From the IMG/VR virus record IMGVR_UViG_3300029911_000001, positions 167,109-231,108 of that record: a stretch of 64,000 nt of DNA. The stretch is one strand, 5' to 3'. The translations under genes and the position numbers were made by a program. Within the stretch, counting starts at the first letter, position 1. Each line of letters opens with the position of its first letter. This document shows positions 35,373-46,444 of the stretch, one piece after another. Below the pieces are notes generated by a model. It did no database searches and had not been told where the DNA came from. It worked only from the letters and a program-made list of their open reading frames with translations.

Positions 35373-37865
35373 ATGGCAGAAGATGATAAGAAGGCTTCAT
35401 CGCGTGAGCGTGGCAGCAACACCCAGATAAAGACCACCGTCCGCAAAGTCGCCAGTGACAAAGCGGGTAAAGAGTATGCTTCCGCTGGTCGTTGGAGCCG
35501 CATGAAAAACGGCAGTGACAACGAAATCATTGATGACCACCGGATTCAGGCTATACGTCAGGCCGCTAAAGGTGATGTATCTACTCCCAATGCAGGTTGG
35601 GGAATGTATGAGCGAGTCAAGACAGGTGCCCTATTCTCTGACGGCTCTCTCGGCTATGCCGACATCCAAGATTCTAACAACATAGGTTACTACAGCTACG
35701 AGTTCCCGGTTGATGCCCTTGAGCTACCCTCATCGCGTCCCGAAGAACTCCGCTTTTATCGTCTTGCGTACGACCGTGACCCAATCGTAGGCCGTGCTAT
35801 CGACATGCACACCGAACTCCCGCTCTCCAAGATGGTGTTGGAGAAGCCGAAGTGTTCGAGTCAGGAATATGCTGACTACATCTACGACTACTACACGGGT
35901 CTGGTGAACAACACCAAGTTGTTCCAAGTCCTCATCGACGCTGTGCGTGAATACTGGACGATTGGTGAAGCCTTCCTCTTCGTTGAAGAGTACGGTGACG
36001 CCATTGAACCCTGCCCTGCTGCCAAGAAGCAGTTGAAGAAGCGTGGTCGTGGCGGTCAAGGCTCCGACCCAACCAAGGAATCCCAGAACGGACCTCTTGG
36101 TGGAACCTCTGGTCAGATTCTGGACTTCCTCTCGCCGGAGAAGACCTCATCATGGGCTAAGAAGCGTTCGGCTGACATCGCTGCTTTCAAGAAGGCTGGT
36201 CTAGCTTTCAGCACAAGCGATTCACTCGATGTGGTGAAGCAGGAAATCCTTATCAAGAAGGCCGCTCTCAACACGGGCATCATCAAGCTTGCTAAAGAAC
36301 TCTCCCGCTCCACTGCTGACGACACGTACCCCCTCTCTATCACAGCGGCTCCCGGCGACCCGCCTCCGACCCCGGCTGGGGGTGACGCTCCTCCGGCTGA
36401 TGCTGGTGGTGACCCCAGTGCGGCTCCTGCTGAAGGCGACCCGATGGGTGACGCCGGTCTCGAAGGAGTGGACGGTGCCGGTGGTGAAGACCTCGGCGGC
36501 GGACTTGAAGGTGGAGACCTCGGCGGTGGCGGAATGCCGATGCCGGGTGGTGGAGGAGGCGGTGGTAGCTTTGGTGGTCCCAGTACCCCTGCTGGATCAG
36601 CGGATGGCGTACGTGAAGCCATAGGTATGGGTGCATCCATCTCAGCCCAACGCGAAATCATGGAGATGAAGCACTATCTCCGCTTGCTCGAAAAGAAGAA
36701 GCAGTTGCTCGAAGAACTGCAAGAGATTCGCCAGAAGAAAAAGGAAGAGCTTGAACTATTTGAGCACGTTGTGAACCCTGACTACGAGGGCTTCGACCGC
36801 GTGCAGATTCTCCAGCCCGAACAGGTTGAAATGGCAGCGGATGGTTTGATGGGCGACGAGCCCACCATCTACTACAAACCACCGGAGAAGCAGAAGGAAG
36901 CTTACATGGAAGACTCCGACGTTGCTCCTGAAGTTAAGGACACGCTCCAGTCTGACGGTAAGATTGCCCTCAACCAAGACCCGTTCAAGGGAAGCTACGT
37001 CATTCATTTCGCTCGTAAGAAGAGCGGCTACGAACTTCATGGCCGTTCCATTCTTCAGCGTGTCATTCGTACCGTCATCTATCGTGAGAAGCTGCGTCAG
37101 GTTCAGAGCACGCTTGCTTCACGTAACATGACGCCGAAGACGCTGGTCATCGCCCCAGACATCCCACCGTCCGAAGTCATGGCTCTGCGTGCCCACATTG
37201 ACGAAGCTAAGAGCGACCCGGACTATTCAGTCGTTCTCAACTACGAAGCCCGTTGGGATGAAATTGGTTCCGAAGGTCGTCTCCTCTCGCTCGATGCTGA
37301 GTGGCAGCACACCAACTCGGACTTGTCCATCGGTCTCGGCCTGTCCCCAGAACTCCTCATCGGTGAAGGCATGTACAGCGGTAATAGGGTCCAGATGCAA
37401 CTGATGGAAGTGTCATATACCCAGTTTCGTGACGTTTTGACTGGTATTATTGAAGATCAAATCTTTCGCCCCGTAGCAATGAAGAAGGGCTTCTATGAGA
37501 TGGACAAATATGGGAGACCACGTTGGATTTACCCTAAAGTATCGTTCAGTCGAATGGCTCTTCGAGATGAAGGTGACACTTACGACCAACTCTTCAATCT
37601 GTACTCTAAGGGGTCAGTACCGGTTAGCACCCTACTAGAGTTCCTCAATATTGACGCCGAAGATACTCGTAGAAAATTAGAGGACGATTTATTTACGGTG
37701 AATGATAGCAAGTTCAACGAGATGCTGTCCAACATTTACGGCAGTATCGGAGAAATAATTATGGAGAAATCGGACATAGTTACAAGAATCATTAAGGGGC
37801 TAACGTTGGATGAGGAAGATAACGAAGCCGGAGAAGGTCCGTCGGGCTCCGGCGAGGGTATGTAA
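35373..37865 (+). CDS. Probable portal protein
   Basis: AYDRDPIVGRAIDMH, REYWTIGEAF, IHFARKKSGYELHGRSIL, LSIGLGL pattern typical of large-phage portals. Confidence 0.62.
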   Translation: MAEDDKKASSRERGSNTQIKTTVRKVASDKAGKEYASAGRWSRMKNGSDNEIIDDHRIQAIRQAAKGDVSTPNAGWGMYERVKTGALFSDGSLGYADIQDSNNIGYYSYEFPVDALELPSSRPEELRFYRLAYDRDPIVGRAIDMHTELPLSKMVLEKPKCSSQEYADYIYDYYTGLVNNTKLFQVLIDAVREYWTIGEAFLFVEEYGDAIEPCPAAKKQLKKRGRGGQGSDPTKESQNGPLGGTSGQILDFLSPEKTSSWAKKRSADIAAFKKAGLAFSTSDSLDVVKQEILIKKAALNTGIIKLAKELSRSTADDTYPLSITAAPGDPPPTPAGGDAPPADAGGDPSAAPAEGDPMGDAGLEGVDGAGGEDLGGGLEGGDLGGGGMPMPGGGGGGGSFGGPSTPAGSADGVREAIGMGASISAQREIMEMKHYLRLLEKKKQLLEELQEIRQKKKEELELFEHVVNPDYEGFDRVQILQPEQVEMAADGLMGDEPTIYYKPPEKQKEAYMEDSDVAPEVKDTLQSDGKIALNQDPFKGSYVIHFARKKSGYELHGRSILQRVIRTVIYREKLRQVQSTLASRNMTPKTLVIAPDIPPSEVMALRAHIDEAKSDPDYSVVLNYEARWDEIGSEGRLLSLDAEWQHTNSDLSIGLGLSPELLIGEGMYSGNRVQMQLMEVSYTQFRDVLTGIIEDQIFRPVAMKKGFYEMDKYGRPRWIYPKVSFSRMALRDEGDTYDQLFNLYSKGSVPVSTLLEFLNIDAEDTRRKLEDDLFTVNDSKFNEMLSNIYGSIGEIIMEKSDIVTRIIKGLTLDEEDNEAGEGPSGSGEGM

Positions 37866-38411
37866 ATGTCAAGACGACCTCTACAGTTAGAGGGGAAGCG
37901 GTTCGGAAAACTGCTAGTTATAGCAAGAGCCGAACCGCCTACATCTCATAAGGATGAGCACGTTCATTGGAGTTGCAAGTGTGATTGCGGTAATACTTCT
38001 TTAGTATCTAGTAGCAACCTCAACAAAGGTAAAAATGGGGTTAGAGGTTGCCGTAATTGTTCTTACGCGGTTAAAACCAACCCATGGTTTCAAGTCTACG
38101 GTCTATATCAGCGCAATGCGAAGCAGACAGGAAAGGACTTTTTTCTTTCAGAAGAGTTGTTTGCCAAATTGATTAGTCAGCCCTGTGACTACTGCGGTCA
38201 AGCTCCCTCGCAGAAGCTCTGGCAGGGCACGCATGACACCGGACGCCAAGAGTTCCGCTGGAACGGTCTTGACCGTATCGACTCCTCCAAAGGGTACACC
38301 GAGGACAATGTAGTCCCCTGTTGCAAAACCTGCAATGCAATGAAATCGGACAAAACTCGTGAAGAATTCTTGTCAGCTATTGAAGCCATTTATAGGTGGC
38401 AAGCTAGATGA
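37866..38411 (+). CDS. HNH homing-type endonuclease (paralogue of 4179-4772)
   Basis: GKRFGKLLV, WSCKCDCG, CDYCG...NGLDRIDSSKGYTEDNVVPCCKTCNAMKS. Confidence 0.88.
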   Translation: MSRRPLQLEGKRFGKLLVIARAEPPTSHKDEHVHWSCKCDCGNTSLVSSSNLNKGKNGVRGCRNCSYAVKTNPWFQVYGLYQRNAKQTGKDFFLSEELFAKLISQPCDYCGQAPSQKLWQGTHDTGRQEFRWNGLDRIDSSKGYTEDNVVPCCKTCNAMKSDKTREEFLSAIEAIYRWQAR

Positions 38412-38920
38412 AATTCACGGCTAAACTCCTTCAAAAATCAGACGCTCTCTACCATGGTACCAGCATGTCTGGCATCGTAGGCATCCTGCGGGACAATGCG
38501 ATTAATGAGGGTGTTCATTGGGGTAGAAATAATGAACCCCATGGAGTTCGGCTCACCCGCAGCAAACAGGTGGCGATGAGCTTCGCCGTTGAGGGTTTGG
38601 GTGGGGATGAAGGCGCGGTGATTGAGTTTGACCCAGCCAAGCTGGCAAAGGATTTCAAGCTTCAGGACTATGAGGACGTAGACAGTAGGGGAGATAAATG
38701 GCAACAGCCAGAAGAAGAGGTGGTAGTTCTCACCCCGAAGATAACCAACGTCAAAAGGTACATCACCGGCATCTATCTCAAGCCTTTCTCTACCTCTGAG
38801 GCTGTTAATGATTATGCCCAACTGGTGGAAGAGGAAGAACGCATGTCGGCAGGAGATTGGAAACATGGGTACCAACGTCTGCTCAAGAATCCCTTGGTCA
38901 AGAAGGGAGCGCACGCATGA
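38408..38920 (+). CDS. ADP-ribosyltransferase-fold protein
   Basis: LYHGT, VRLTRSKQVA, PEEEVVV motifs. Confidence 0.58.
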   Translation: MKFTAKLLQKSDALYHGTSMSGIVGILRDNAINEGVHWGRNNEPHGVRLTRSKQVAMSFAVEGLGGDEGAVIEFDPAKLAKDFKLQDYEDVDSRGDKWQQPEEEVVVLTPKITNVKRYITGIYLKPFSTSEAVNDYAQLVEEEERMSAGDWKHGYQRLLKNPLVKKGAHA

Positions 38921-41900
38921 TTACCCAATTAGATAACCAAGAATGGCAACGAGAATTAGTGACTGGTAACGCTCAGTTCATCGAAGTGGGCTCGACAATT
39001 TACGTCGTAAGCCAAGTTCGCGCTGACAATACCTTTGCCGTGTTCAAGTCGAACCCGACCCCGCCAACACCGGGTCCGGGTGCTTCTTTCTCTATCACAG
39101 CGATCTATACTTTTCCCGTTATCAATGGGAAAAATAACTCCTCGTTCGACCCCGTAATTGCCTATGACTCTGTAGGTCAGGTGCTGTACATCGTTGGTAC
39201 GCAGGATGATGTTGATGGTAAAGACATCGACGTTATCCTGTTCGCTTACAACACAGCGAATGACACACTAGGACCACCGACAACTATTACCACGGCATCC
39301 TACATTCGGGATTCTTATGATGTGTGTGTCCTATCGGGTTCAGGACACCCCTTCGTGGTCGTGGCGGTCACTAACCCCTCCATCATCTGGCAGACGCCCA
39401 CAGTGTCTGATGTGACTGGCATCAGCATCAGCAGCGACGTGCTCACAGTACAGGCGTTCAACTCATACAGCGTAGGTCAAGGCATTACGTTATCTGCATT
39501 GCAAAATGCTACCTTCCTCAACGGGCAGACCGTCACAGTCACTGGTACGGGTGTCGGTTACTTCACGGCCAGCTTTACCCACGCGGATTACACTCAGGTG
39601 GGTTACGAGAGCGGATTCGCCACATGGCTCCCCGGCCACTCTCTCATCGCGTTTGAATTCACGGACACGCTGAGCCCTCCCGCTGTTGGTTTGGACTCTA
39701 TCACGGTTCTGGACGCATCTCCCTTCAGTACAGGAAACACGTTTGGTGCTGTATCTGTGTATTCTCCCGATGGTCTCAACATCGAAGTGTACTACGAGGC
39801 ACACCCGAAGCAGATTACATTCGCCGACCAGACCTTCAGCATCATTCTGGCAAGCCGCAACCACACGTCCTCCCCCCCGACTCTAATGTGGAGTCTGGGC
39901 AACATCCTGACCTCATTTACAGGTCGCTATGCCGACACTCGTCTCACGGTTATCCCGAGTGGAACCACCCGTACTCTTTTGCAACAGTTCTTCAGTCAGG
40001 AGGTTCACCAGAACGCATTGATAGGTAACCTTCTGCTCGGTTACTACGACGGCACTGTGGCCCTCAGCCCACCGCAGCCTCTGGGTCAGTGGAGCTTCCA
40101 CATCACTCCGGGCTCGAACACAACCTCGTACATCCAAGGAACTCTATCCGTCGCATCAACCACAGGAGCCTTCGTCTCATACCTTGCTGAGCCTGTATAC
40201 AGCCTCCGTGGCGAGTGGTCGCCACAGGTCAAGCGGTACGCCGTGAATGACCGCGTGCGTTATGGCACCACCGACTACATTGTCAACACCGCCCTCACCT
40301 ACAATTATCTGGGTGCGTGGGTAAGTGAGAATACATACCCTGCTGGTGCCGTAGTTCAATCCGCTCTAGCGACCAACCCGGTGAGTTACGCCTTTTACAC
40401 CACGATAGATGGCGTCCCCGTCTCAGTCGTGGCACCTAACCTTAACCCAACAAACTGGACGGCGACACCTACGCCTGACATCGACCCACGCTTCACTCTA
40501 GCCCCAACCTCGTGGCCGTTGAAGACGAGTGCCTTGGACGTTGCTACGTTCAACTTGTCCGACGTACCGGGCTTCTACAACACGTTGAATTTTACATGGT
40601 TGCGGGGCTCTAAGACACCCTTTGACGACCTGTCGCAGTGGGGTGTGATTGGTGAACAGCAGGGCTCGACTACATCAGGGGCAACCTATGTCTCTAACTT
40701 CAACACGCCCCCCATCGTCAAGCTTGTACCCAGCGGCGCGGCTACAGCCTACCGTGCAACCCCTTTGTTTTTCGACGCCAGCGGAACGAATGACGGCGAC
40801 AGCGACACTGTTGAGTACACATGGACGTACAGCCCACATAACTCCTATGTCAGTTTAACTCCAAATCTGATTATGGGTAACACTGCCACGTTCACTGTGA
40901 GCCGTGGCATCGGTGGTGCGGCTGAGACCTTCGTTGTAGGGGTTGTTGCGGTGAACTACAACGGTGTAATTCCAGAGCACCCGCCAATGAATATCACCAA
41001 CATCGCCATCTCAGGCAACGTGTTGACGGTGACCACGAGTGCTCCGGTCAATCTTGCCCATGGTGAGTCTGTATTCTTGTACAACATCGCTTCGGCCACG
41101 TTCCTAAATGATGTTCAAGTTGTAGTGTCAGGTACATCGGGCAATAATTTCTCAGCCCCCTTCACCCACGCGTACTACACCGCAGCCGACACTGGAAAGG
41201 CGATTGCCAATGTCCAATACGGTTTCTGCACGGTTACGGTTCCTTTCAACGCGGTTCCAACGATTGACTTCACCCACGACGGAACCACCCACAACCCCGT
41301 CACGCTCCCGATTTCGGCGGCTAGAAATTCGGTCGTCACGATTCATCCTACCTACGGAGGAATAAGCGATAACGATGACTCAGTTACGTACTCTTGGACT
41401 CAGGTCTCAGGTACACCGATTCTATCGACTCAGATTCTCAGCGGGGTGACATCCAGCTTCTTGCAGTTTGAGACCAATGGTGCTCCTGTGCAAGGGGACA
41501 CGATTGTCTGGTCTCTCACCGTCAGTGATGGTGTGAACACGCCGACCTATGCTACGGTTACAGTCGATGTGGCTCCCTTTGCATTTGTTTTAACCGACAC
41601 GCTACAACTGTCTCGTTCCATGTGGAATGGGAACATATCTCAGCGTAACTCAGCGCAAACATGGTCCGCATTGGACGTGTCAACCATATACACCAATTTC
41701 AATAACATCAAACGGAACTCTGTGTTGGACGGCTCCGACCGCTATATTCTCATCTCTCCGGCTTCAGTTACCATCTACGGGGGGGTGAGTCCAAACATTA
41801 TCCTGTTGCGAAGGTTGTTTACCCCGAATAGCTCTACTATCGTTGATGCGGTACACACTGAGAACGACTACACACTTGTACTGGACAATGCCAGCAAGCT

Positions 41901-42873
41901 GTATCGCTACTCGACTGCTCCGCTCATCAACACGGACAACCCGGATACAACGATTGACTTGACGATGATTTCCAGCATGATCTTCAACAAGGTCTTCACC
42001 ACCTTCAGTTTTGGCAACGTGCGTATTGTAATCCTTACGGGCTCTGAGGGCTGTTTACTGATTCAGCTTCGCAACACCGACTTGCAGTTGCAGGGGGCGC
42101 TTGAGCTTACGGTAGGGGCTGGGTTGCTCTACGGCGTAGATAACGTGCAGTTTGTTCGTATATCCAATGTAGAGTCCCTGAACACAGGTAAACTCCTTCT
42201 TGGTACGATTGCTGTTGTGTCAGCTAGGGTTACCAGTGTTAACGTCACCGGCAATAGTGTGACCCTTGTGGCGAACAATACCTTCTCTCAGGGTACGGTT
42301 GTAACCTTTGCTGACTTGACTGGTGCTACATTCCTCAACGGGGTAACCGCTTCTGTGGTTTCGGCTACTCCGACTCAATTTGTCATCAGCTTCAAACACG
42401 CCGACTACCCCACTACGACTGAAGGGTCTGACGCTATTGCCAGCACGGGGGGTAGTACATATGAGACTCTCATCGACCTGTCCCATGGTCAAATCATTGG
42501 AACGTGGGATGCAACCAAACTTCGCAACCAGTTTGTAACAACAGGTGAAATTCTGTTCGAGCCCAACGACACGTACGCGGGACGCCCTGCTGCTCCTGTC
42601 ATGAACTCAGTTGTAAACGCGGGAGCGGCAAGCCAGCCGGGTTACGTAAATTTGGGGATAAGCTGGGATGCTGACCGACCTGACCTCATCCAGTCGTACC
42701 ACTTGGAGACATCATTCGACCAAGTGAACTGGACTGTCAGCTTGGTTAACAGTGGATTTATCGAGAGCGTCATCATCCCCTCGCCTATCGGTCAGCAGTA
42801 CTACTTCCGGGTCATTGCCTTATCGGTGGATGGTAACTCTCCCTATTCTAATATTGTGAGCATTAACACGTAA
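38917..42873 (+). CDS. Large virion structural protein (tail/baseplate; PKD/Ig- and FN3-like repeats)
   Basis: About 1318 aa, Thr/Ser/Val-rich; FDASGTND...YTW, YSWTQVSG, repeated ATFLNG modules, YYFRVIA. Confidence 0.72.
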   Translation: MITQLDNQEWQRELVTGNAQFIEVGSTIYVVSQVRADNTFAVFKSNPTPPTPGPGASFSITAIYTFPVINGKNNSSFDPVIAYDSVGQVLYIVGTQDDVDGKDIDVILFAYNTANDTLGPPTTITTASYIRDSYDVCVLSGSGHPFVVVAVTNPSIIWQTPTVSDVTGISISSDVLTVQAFNSYSVGQGITLSALQNATFLNGQTVTVTGTGVGYFTASFTHADYTQVGYESGFATWLPGHSLIAFEFTDTLSPPAVGLDSITVLDASPFSTGNTFGAVSVYSPDGLNIEVYYEAHPKQITFADQTFSIILASRNHTSSPPTLMWSLGNILTSFTGRYADTRLTVIPSGTTRTLLQQFFSQEVHQNALIGNLLLGYYDGTVALSPPQPLGQWSFHITPGSNTTSYIQGTLSVASTTGAFVSYLAEPVYSLRGEWSPQVKRYAVNDRVRYGTTDYIVNTALTYNYLGAWVSENTYPAGAVVQSALATNPVSYAFYTTIDGVPVSVVAPNLNPTNWTATPTPDIDPRFTLAPTSWPLKTSALDVATFNLSDVPGFYNTLNFTWLRGSKTPFDDLSQWGVIGEQQGSTTSGATYVSNFNTPPIVKLVPSGAATAYRATPLFFDASGTNDGDSDTVEYTWTYSPHNSYVSLTPNLIMGNTATFTVSRGIGGAAETFVVGVVAVNYNGVIPEHPPMNITNIAISGNVLTVTTSAPVNLAHGESVFLYNIASATFLNDVQVVVSGTSGNNFSAPFTHAYYTAADTGKAIANVQYGFCTVTVPFNAVPTIDFTHDGTTHNPVTLPISAARNSVVTIHPTYGGISDNDDSVTYSWTQVSGTPILSTQILSGVTSSFLQFETNGAPVQGDTIVWSLTVSDGVNTPTYATVTVDVAPFAFVLTDTLQLSRSMWNGNISQRNSAQTWSALDVSTIYTNFNNIKRNSVLDGSDRYILISPASVTIYGGVSPNIILLRRLFTPNSSTIVDAVHTENDYTLVLDNASKLYRYSTAPLINTDNPDTTIDLTMISSMIFNKVFTTFSFGNVRIVILTGSEGCLLIQLRNTDLQLQGALELTVGAGLLYGVDNVQFVRISNVESLNTGKLLLGTIAVVSARVTSVNVTGNSVTLVANNTFSQGTVVTFADLTGATFLNGVTASVVSATPTQFVISFKHADYPTTTEGSDAIASTGGSTYETLIDLSHGQIIGTWDATKLRNQFVTTGEILFEPNDTYAGRPAAPVMNSVVNAGAASQPGYVNLGISWDADRPDLIQSYHLETSFDQVNWTVSLVNSGFIESVIIPSPIGQQYYFRVIALSVDGNSPYSNIVSINT

Positions 42874-42891
42874 ATTTGGGTACTTGATTCT

Positions 42892-43917
42892 ATGTTGATT
42901 GATAAGGGGGACCTGCTCAAGGTTCTCCGCGTGCTATCTGGATTCGATACTCACGCTTGTCCGTTCCTTGGTGTTCAATTCCCACAGGACGACAAGCCGC
43001 AGTTCCATCGCTCCAGTACGTTCGGTTTTCTTCAGACAATCAACTTCGATACTGCTCAACCCCACATCTTCGCATCGCTGATGAATCTGAAAGACCTGCT
43101 CGGTGTGTCCTCTGACGCCATGGACATGGGCGTGGACTTCTTCGGGAAGCTCAAGTTGGAATCCCCAGACGGAGTACGCTTGCAGATTCACACCGTGAGG
43201 AACGACGCTGCCGGGTTCAAGCCTCACTACGTAGGTGACCCCGGTCGATACCGTTACGCTGGCAACACCTTCGATGGCTTCGACATACGGTCATTCAAGG
43301 CTCTGTCAGCTCCCCCCGCGATGGCGGAGGGTAGACTACTCATATGTACAGTTGCGGGGGTCGCCATCTGGACATCGGACACCATCAATGAGATTACCAA
43401 AACCAGAGGCAGCAACACCCTCGCCATACAGCCCCGTGAGGCGTTCCTGCGGTTCGTAGCTGGGGGTGGTGTCAAGGAAGTTCTTGTGAGCCAGCAAGGC
43501 TACTGGCTGGCGGAAAAAGACGGGCTCCTGTGTGCCATGACCATGCATAGTACCCCCACAAACCTGCTGACCGTATACCAGCAGCCCGGTACCGAGTTGA
43601 CCCGCTTCCATGCTCCCCGGCTCCTCGCATCCCTCGCTCACGTGGCCTCCTTGTCAGCGGAAACCGACCGCGTGGAACTCAACCCTCGCGAAGGTATAGT
43701 CTGCCGGGACAAGTACAGTAACCCTCAAGTGTTTCCCCATGGAGCCCAGACCAACTCGTGGCCGAAGGCTGCGGTGTTCGGTCGGACGGCCAAGTTTATT
43801 GTGGATGCTTTGAACCAAACAAATGAGGAAATAGGGGTATTGTATAGTGTGCCCTTACGGAATGCTACCTATCGCATAGTCCGTGGGCCTATCGAAGTTA
43901 ACTTTGGATTGGTGTAA
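42892..43917 (+). CDS. Hypothetical protein, possibly sliding-clamp-like
   Basis: 341 aa beta-rich; size and a DnaX-like gene elsewhere in the window; no diagnostic motif. Confidence 0.35.
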   Translation: MLIDKGDLLKVLRVLSGFDTHACPFLGVQFPQDDKPQFHRSSTFGFLQTINFDTAQPHIFASLMNLKDLLGVSSDAMDMGVDFFGKLKLESPDGVRLQIHTVRNDAAGFKPHYVGDPGRYRYAGNTFDGFDIRSFKALSAPPAMAEGRLLICTVAGVAIWTSDTINEITKTRGSNTLAIQPREAFLRFVAGGGVKEVLVSQQGYWLAEKDGLLCAMTMHSTPTNLLTVYQQPGTELTRFHAPRLLASLAHVASLSAETDRVELNPREGIVCRDKYSNPQVFPHGAQTNSWPKAAVFGRTAKFIVDALNQTNEEIGVLYSVPLRNATYRIVRGPIEVNFGLV

Positions 43918-44300
43918 TGACTGAGTACAGCGAAGAGCGGACGCAGGAGAGTGAAGCTGGGAAAGCGAAGACGCTTGATTCCTACGCTAAGGAGACAGCG
44001 GATGAGAAGGAGCTTCTGTTTCTCCTAGAAAACCTTACCCTCTCTGGTATGCTGAAGTGGAAGCGTATCTGGAACCCATTCAACTCTTACAAGTACAAGA
44101 CGAAGGTCGGCCCGTTCAAGTTTAGAATCTGGTTCCCCCGTTACTGTAAGTATGTTTACGTCAATATCTCGGATGGGATGACGCTTGAAAAGTTGAGTAT
44201 TCAGAGTGATGCACTGCGACTTTATTTTTCTAGGAAGCGTGCGGTAGCTCCTACCTCTGAAGAAGTAATCTCAGCCTTGAGGGAGTTACTCATACCATGA
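43917..44300 (+). CDS. Hypothetical protein
   Basis: TAATG-coupled ORF. Confidence 0.6.
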   Translation: MTEYSEERTQESEAGKAKTLDSYAKETADEKELLFLLENLTLSGMLKWKRIWNPFNSYKYKTKVGPFKFRIWFPRYCKYVYVNISDGMTLEKLSIQSDALRLYFSRKRAVAPTSEEVISALRELLIP

Positions 44301-44349
44301 GACCCTCTGGACGAACCCATCTCAACCCTAATCGAATTATAGGAGCCCT

Positions 44350-44565
44350 ATGACAGACGCAATTGAAACCACCACCGAGAAGTCCCCGAAGGCAAAGAAG
44401 GTATTCTCCCCCCTAACCCGAACATGGGCACTCGGCTCCTGCAACAGCCGCGACTTGGTTGCTCTTCTCAACAAGCTGTCCGCTGAAGGCAGTGAGATTT
44501 TCAGCGTCAATGCCAACGTCAACGTCGGCGGCATGTTCGAGATTCTCTCCTACACTGATAAGTAA
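44350..44565 (+). CDS. Hypothetical protein
   Basis: SD AGGAG, 71 aa. Confidence 0.65.
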   Translation: MTDAIETTTEKSPKAKKVFSPLTRTWALGSCNSRDLVALLNKLSAEGSEIFSVNANVNVGGMFEILSYTDK

Positions 44566-45221
44566 TGGAACAGACCCTCTCCAATCGCATTGCGGTCTTC
44601 CGCAATGGGCGGGTTCGCGTCGAACAGCAGCTAGAGAATGAACGGCGTACCATCACTCGCCTCACCACTCGCATTGACCAAATCAAGGAAGAGTCAATCG
44701 AGCTTGCCAAAGCTGTGTCTCTGCTCGACCGTTGCATTGAAGTGGTATCAATTAATGGAATCGGCAAGATTGAATCCATTGTCTCTGCCGGTCTACGCAA
44801 GGTGTTCAAGGACAACACGCTTGGTCTGGTGGTGGAGAAGAAGGAGACGGCTCGTGGCTACTCCTATCGTCTGCTCATCAAACAAGGGGATACCTTGGGA
44901 AACCCCATGGACTCCTTCGGTGGGGGCGTGCAGAATGTGACCGCCTTCCTCCTAAGAGTCATTTTGATTAAAAGGTTCAAGCTATCAAAAGCGATTTTTT
45001 TGGACGAGAGCTTTAGTAATGTATCCTCCGAATTCCTCCCCCAAGTTTCTAACATGCTGAGGACTCTCGTCGATAATAATGGGTTTACTATACTTACGGT
45101 ATCTCATCAACCATTAATCACCGCCTGTGCAGATAAGGTTTACAGGGTTCAAGAAACTCCAAAGGACGGCCCCCTACTTGTAGAAGGTAACGTCGATGAA
45201 GAGGTCCTCGATGCAGGTTAG
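44565..45221 (+). CDS. SbcC/Rad50-like ATPase, C-terminal half
   Basis: Coiled coil, signature-like SFGGG, Walker B/D-loop IFLDESFSNV, H-loop VSHQ; no Walker A. Confidence 0.85.
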   Translation: MEQTLSNRIAVFRNGRVRVEQQLENERRTITRLTTRIDQIKEESIELAKAVSLLDRCIEVVSINGIGKIESIVSAGLRKVFKDNTLGLVVEKKETARGYSYRLLIKQGDTLGNPMDSFGGGVQNVTAFLLRVILIKRFKLSKAIFLDESFSNVSSEFLPQVSNMLRTLVDNNGFTILTVSHQPLITACADKVYRVQETPKDGPLLVEGNVDEEVLDAG

Positions 45222-45615
45222 TTGGATTATAAAATCACCAGAAGAAATATGGGACAAATGTCGGGAATTAGTTAAACGGCATAGGCGCAGGTTCCTACAA
45301 AGCAACTCGCGCCCGTGTCCTTGGAACTGCACCAAAGCGGTGCTTTCTTCAAAGCACGAGGTCACCGGATGCCGGGGATGTGGTTCTAGGAACCCTGAAT
45401 TCTGCAAAAATACTGGATTATTCAGTCCTCTTTTTACAAAGGAGGAATTGGTTCACCAATTCAAAGAGAAATTAAAAGACCCTCAAGTGTTACTCCAAGA
45501 GTACCGAGATTTGGTAGTTTTTTTTTGGTGCTTAAATATATTTGACATGAAAACCCTAGATGAGGGGAAAATTTCAAATATGGAAAAGGGTCTAAATGGA
45601 AAAGAAAAGAGCTAG
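45211..45615 (+). CDS. Cys-rich hypothetical protein
   Basis: CPWNC...CRGC...C. Confidence 0.6.
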   Translation: MQVSWIIKSPEEIWDKCRELVKRHRRRFLQSNSRPCPWNCTKAVLSSKHEVTGCRGCGSRNPEFCKNTGLFSPLFTKEELVHQFKEKLKDPQVLLQEYRDLVVFFWCLNIFDMKTLDEGKISNMEKGLNGKEKS

Positions 45616-45680
45616 TAGGTCTATCCCTCATCGGTTCTAAGTCTATGTGCCAATTGTGGAAGTACAGAAAGGCGGCTTAG

Positions 45681-46433
45681 ATGGCAGCTAAGCCGTGGTG
45701 GGAAGTCGATGTGCCGAGAATCATCAAGGAGACTGATGACTTCTACACTCGCGTCGAAGCGGTAGCTCCTTCCAAGAACAAGCTCACCCTCACCAAGAAA
45801 AAAATTATGGAGATTCGCTCATGGGCACCTACACTCCGAATGTACGATGCTCACTTTGAATCCGTACTCAAGCAACTTGGTTTCTTCTACGTACCGAACA
45901 GAGTAGTCCCCGGTCCCGCGTTCGTCTTCCCCATCCGGGACACTGAGGGCAAGTTTAGTTCGGCACAAACTAAGCCGCTAGAGGGCAGTGCATATGGTAC
46001 CGGCTCCAAGTACCGGAACATAGGGGAGAAGCTGTTCTGCCCCCGCTGGCTGGGTAATGACCACGCCACACTCAAGAGAATTATTGAACTTCAAAAGGTC
46101 ATTGTGGTGGAAGGTCCGTTCGACCTTCTGGCCGCTCGGCTGCTCTGTCCCGACGTTCCAATCATGTCCCCGCTCACTAAACTGTTGGGGAAGAACCACA
46201 TCGCATACCTTCGGATGCTAGGGGTCAAAGACCTCGTGCTTATGTACGACAATGAAGTGAGCAGCAGGGAGGGGGAGGATGGTGCTGGAAATATGTCCAT
46301 GGAGCAACAGGCCAAGTTCATCAAGACCATGCACGTCACCTCGATCCTAGCTCCAGCACCCGACCCCAGTGATTGCTTGAAAGTCCCCGATTATGCTGTA
46401 AAATTGAAGGCATACATTATGGCCGAGGTCTAG
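45681..46433 (+). CDS. Primase TOPRIM catalytic domain without zinc finger
   Basis: FPIRD, KYRN, VIVVEGPFD, LMYDNE. Confidence 0.8.
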   Translation: MAAKPWWEVDVPRIIKETDDFYTRVEAVAPSKNKLTLTKKKIMEIRSWAPTLRMYDAHFESVLKQLGFFYVPNRVVPGPAFVFPIRDTEGKFSSAQTKPLEGSAYGTGSKYRNIGEKLFCPRWLGNDHATLKRIIELQKVIVVEGPFDLLAARLLCPDVPIMSPLTKLLGKNHIAYLRMLGVKDLVLMYDNEVSSREGEDGAGNMSMEQQAKFIKTMHVTSILAPAPDPSDCLKVPDYAVKLKAYIMAEV

Positions 46434-46444
46434 TATTAGGTAGC

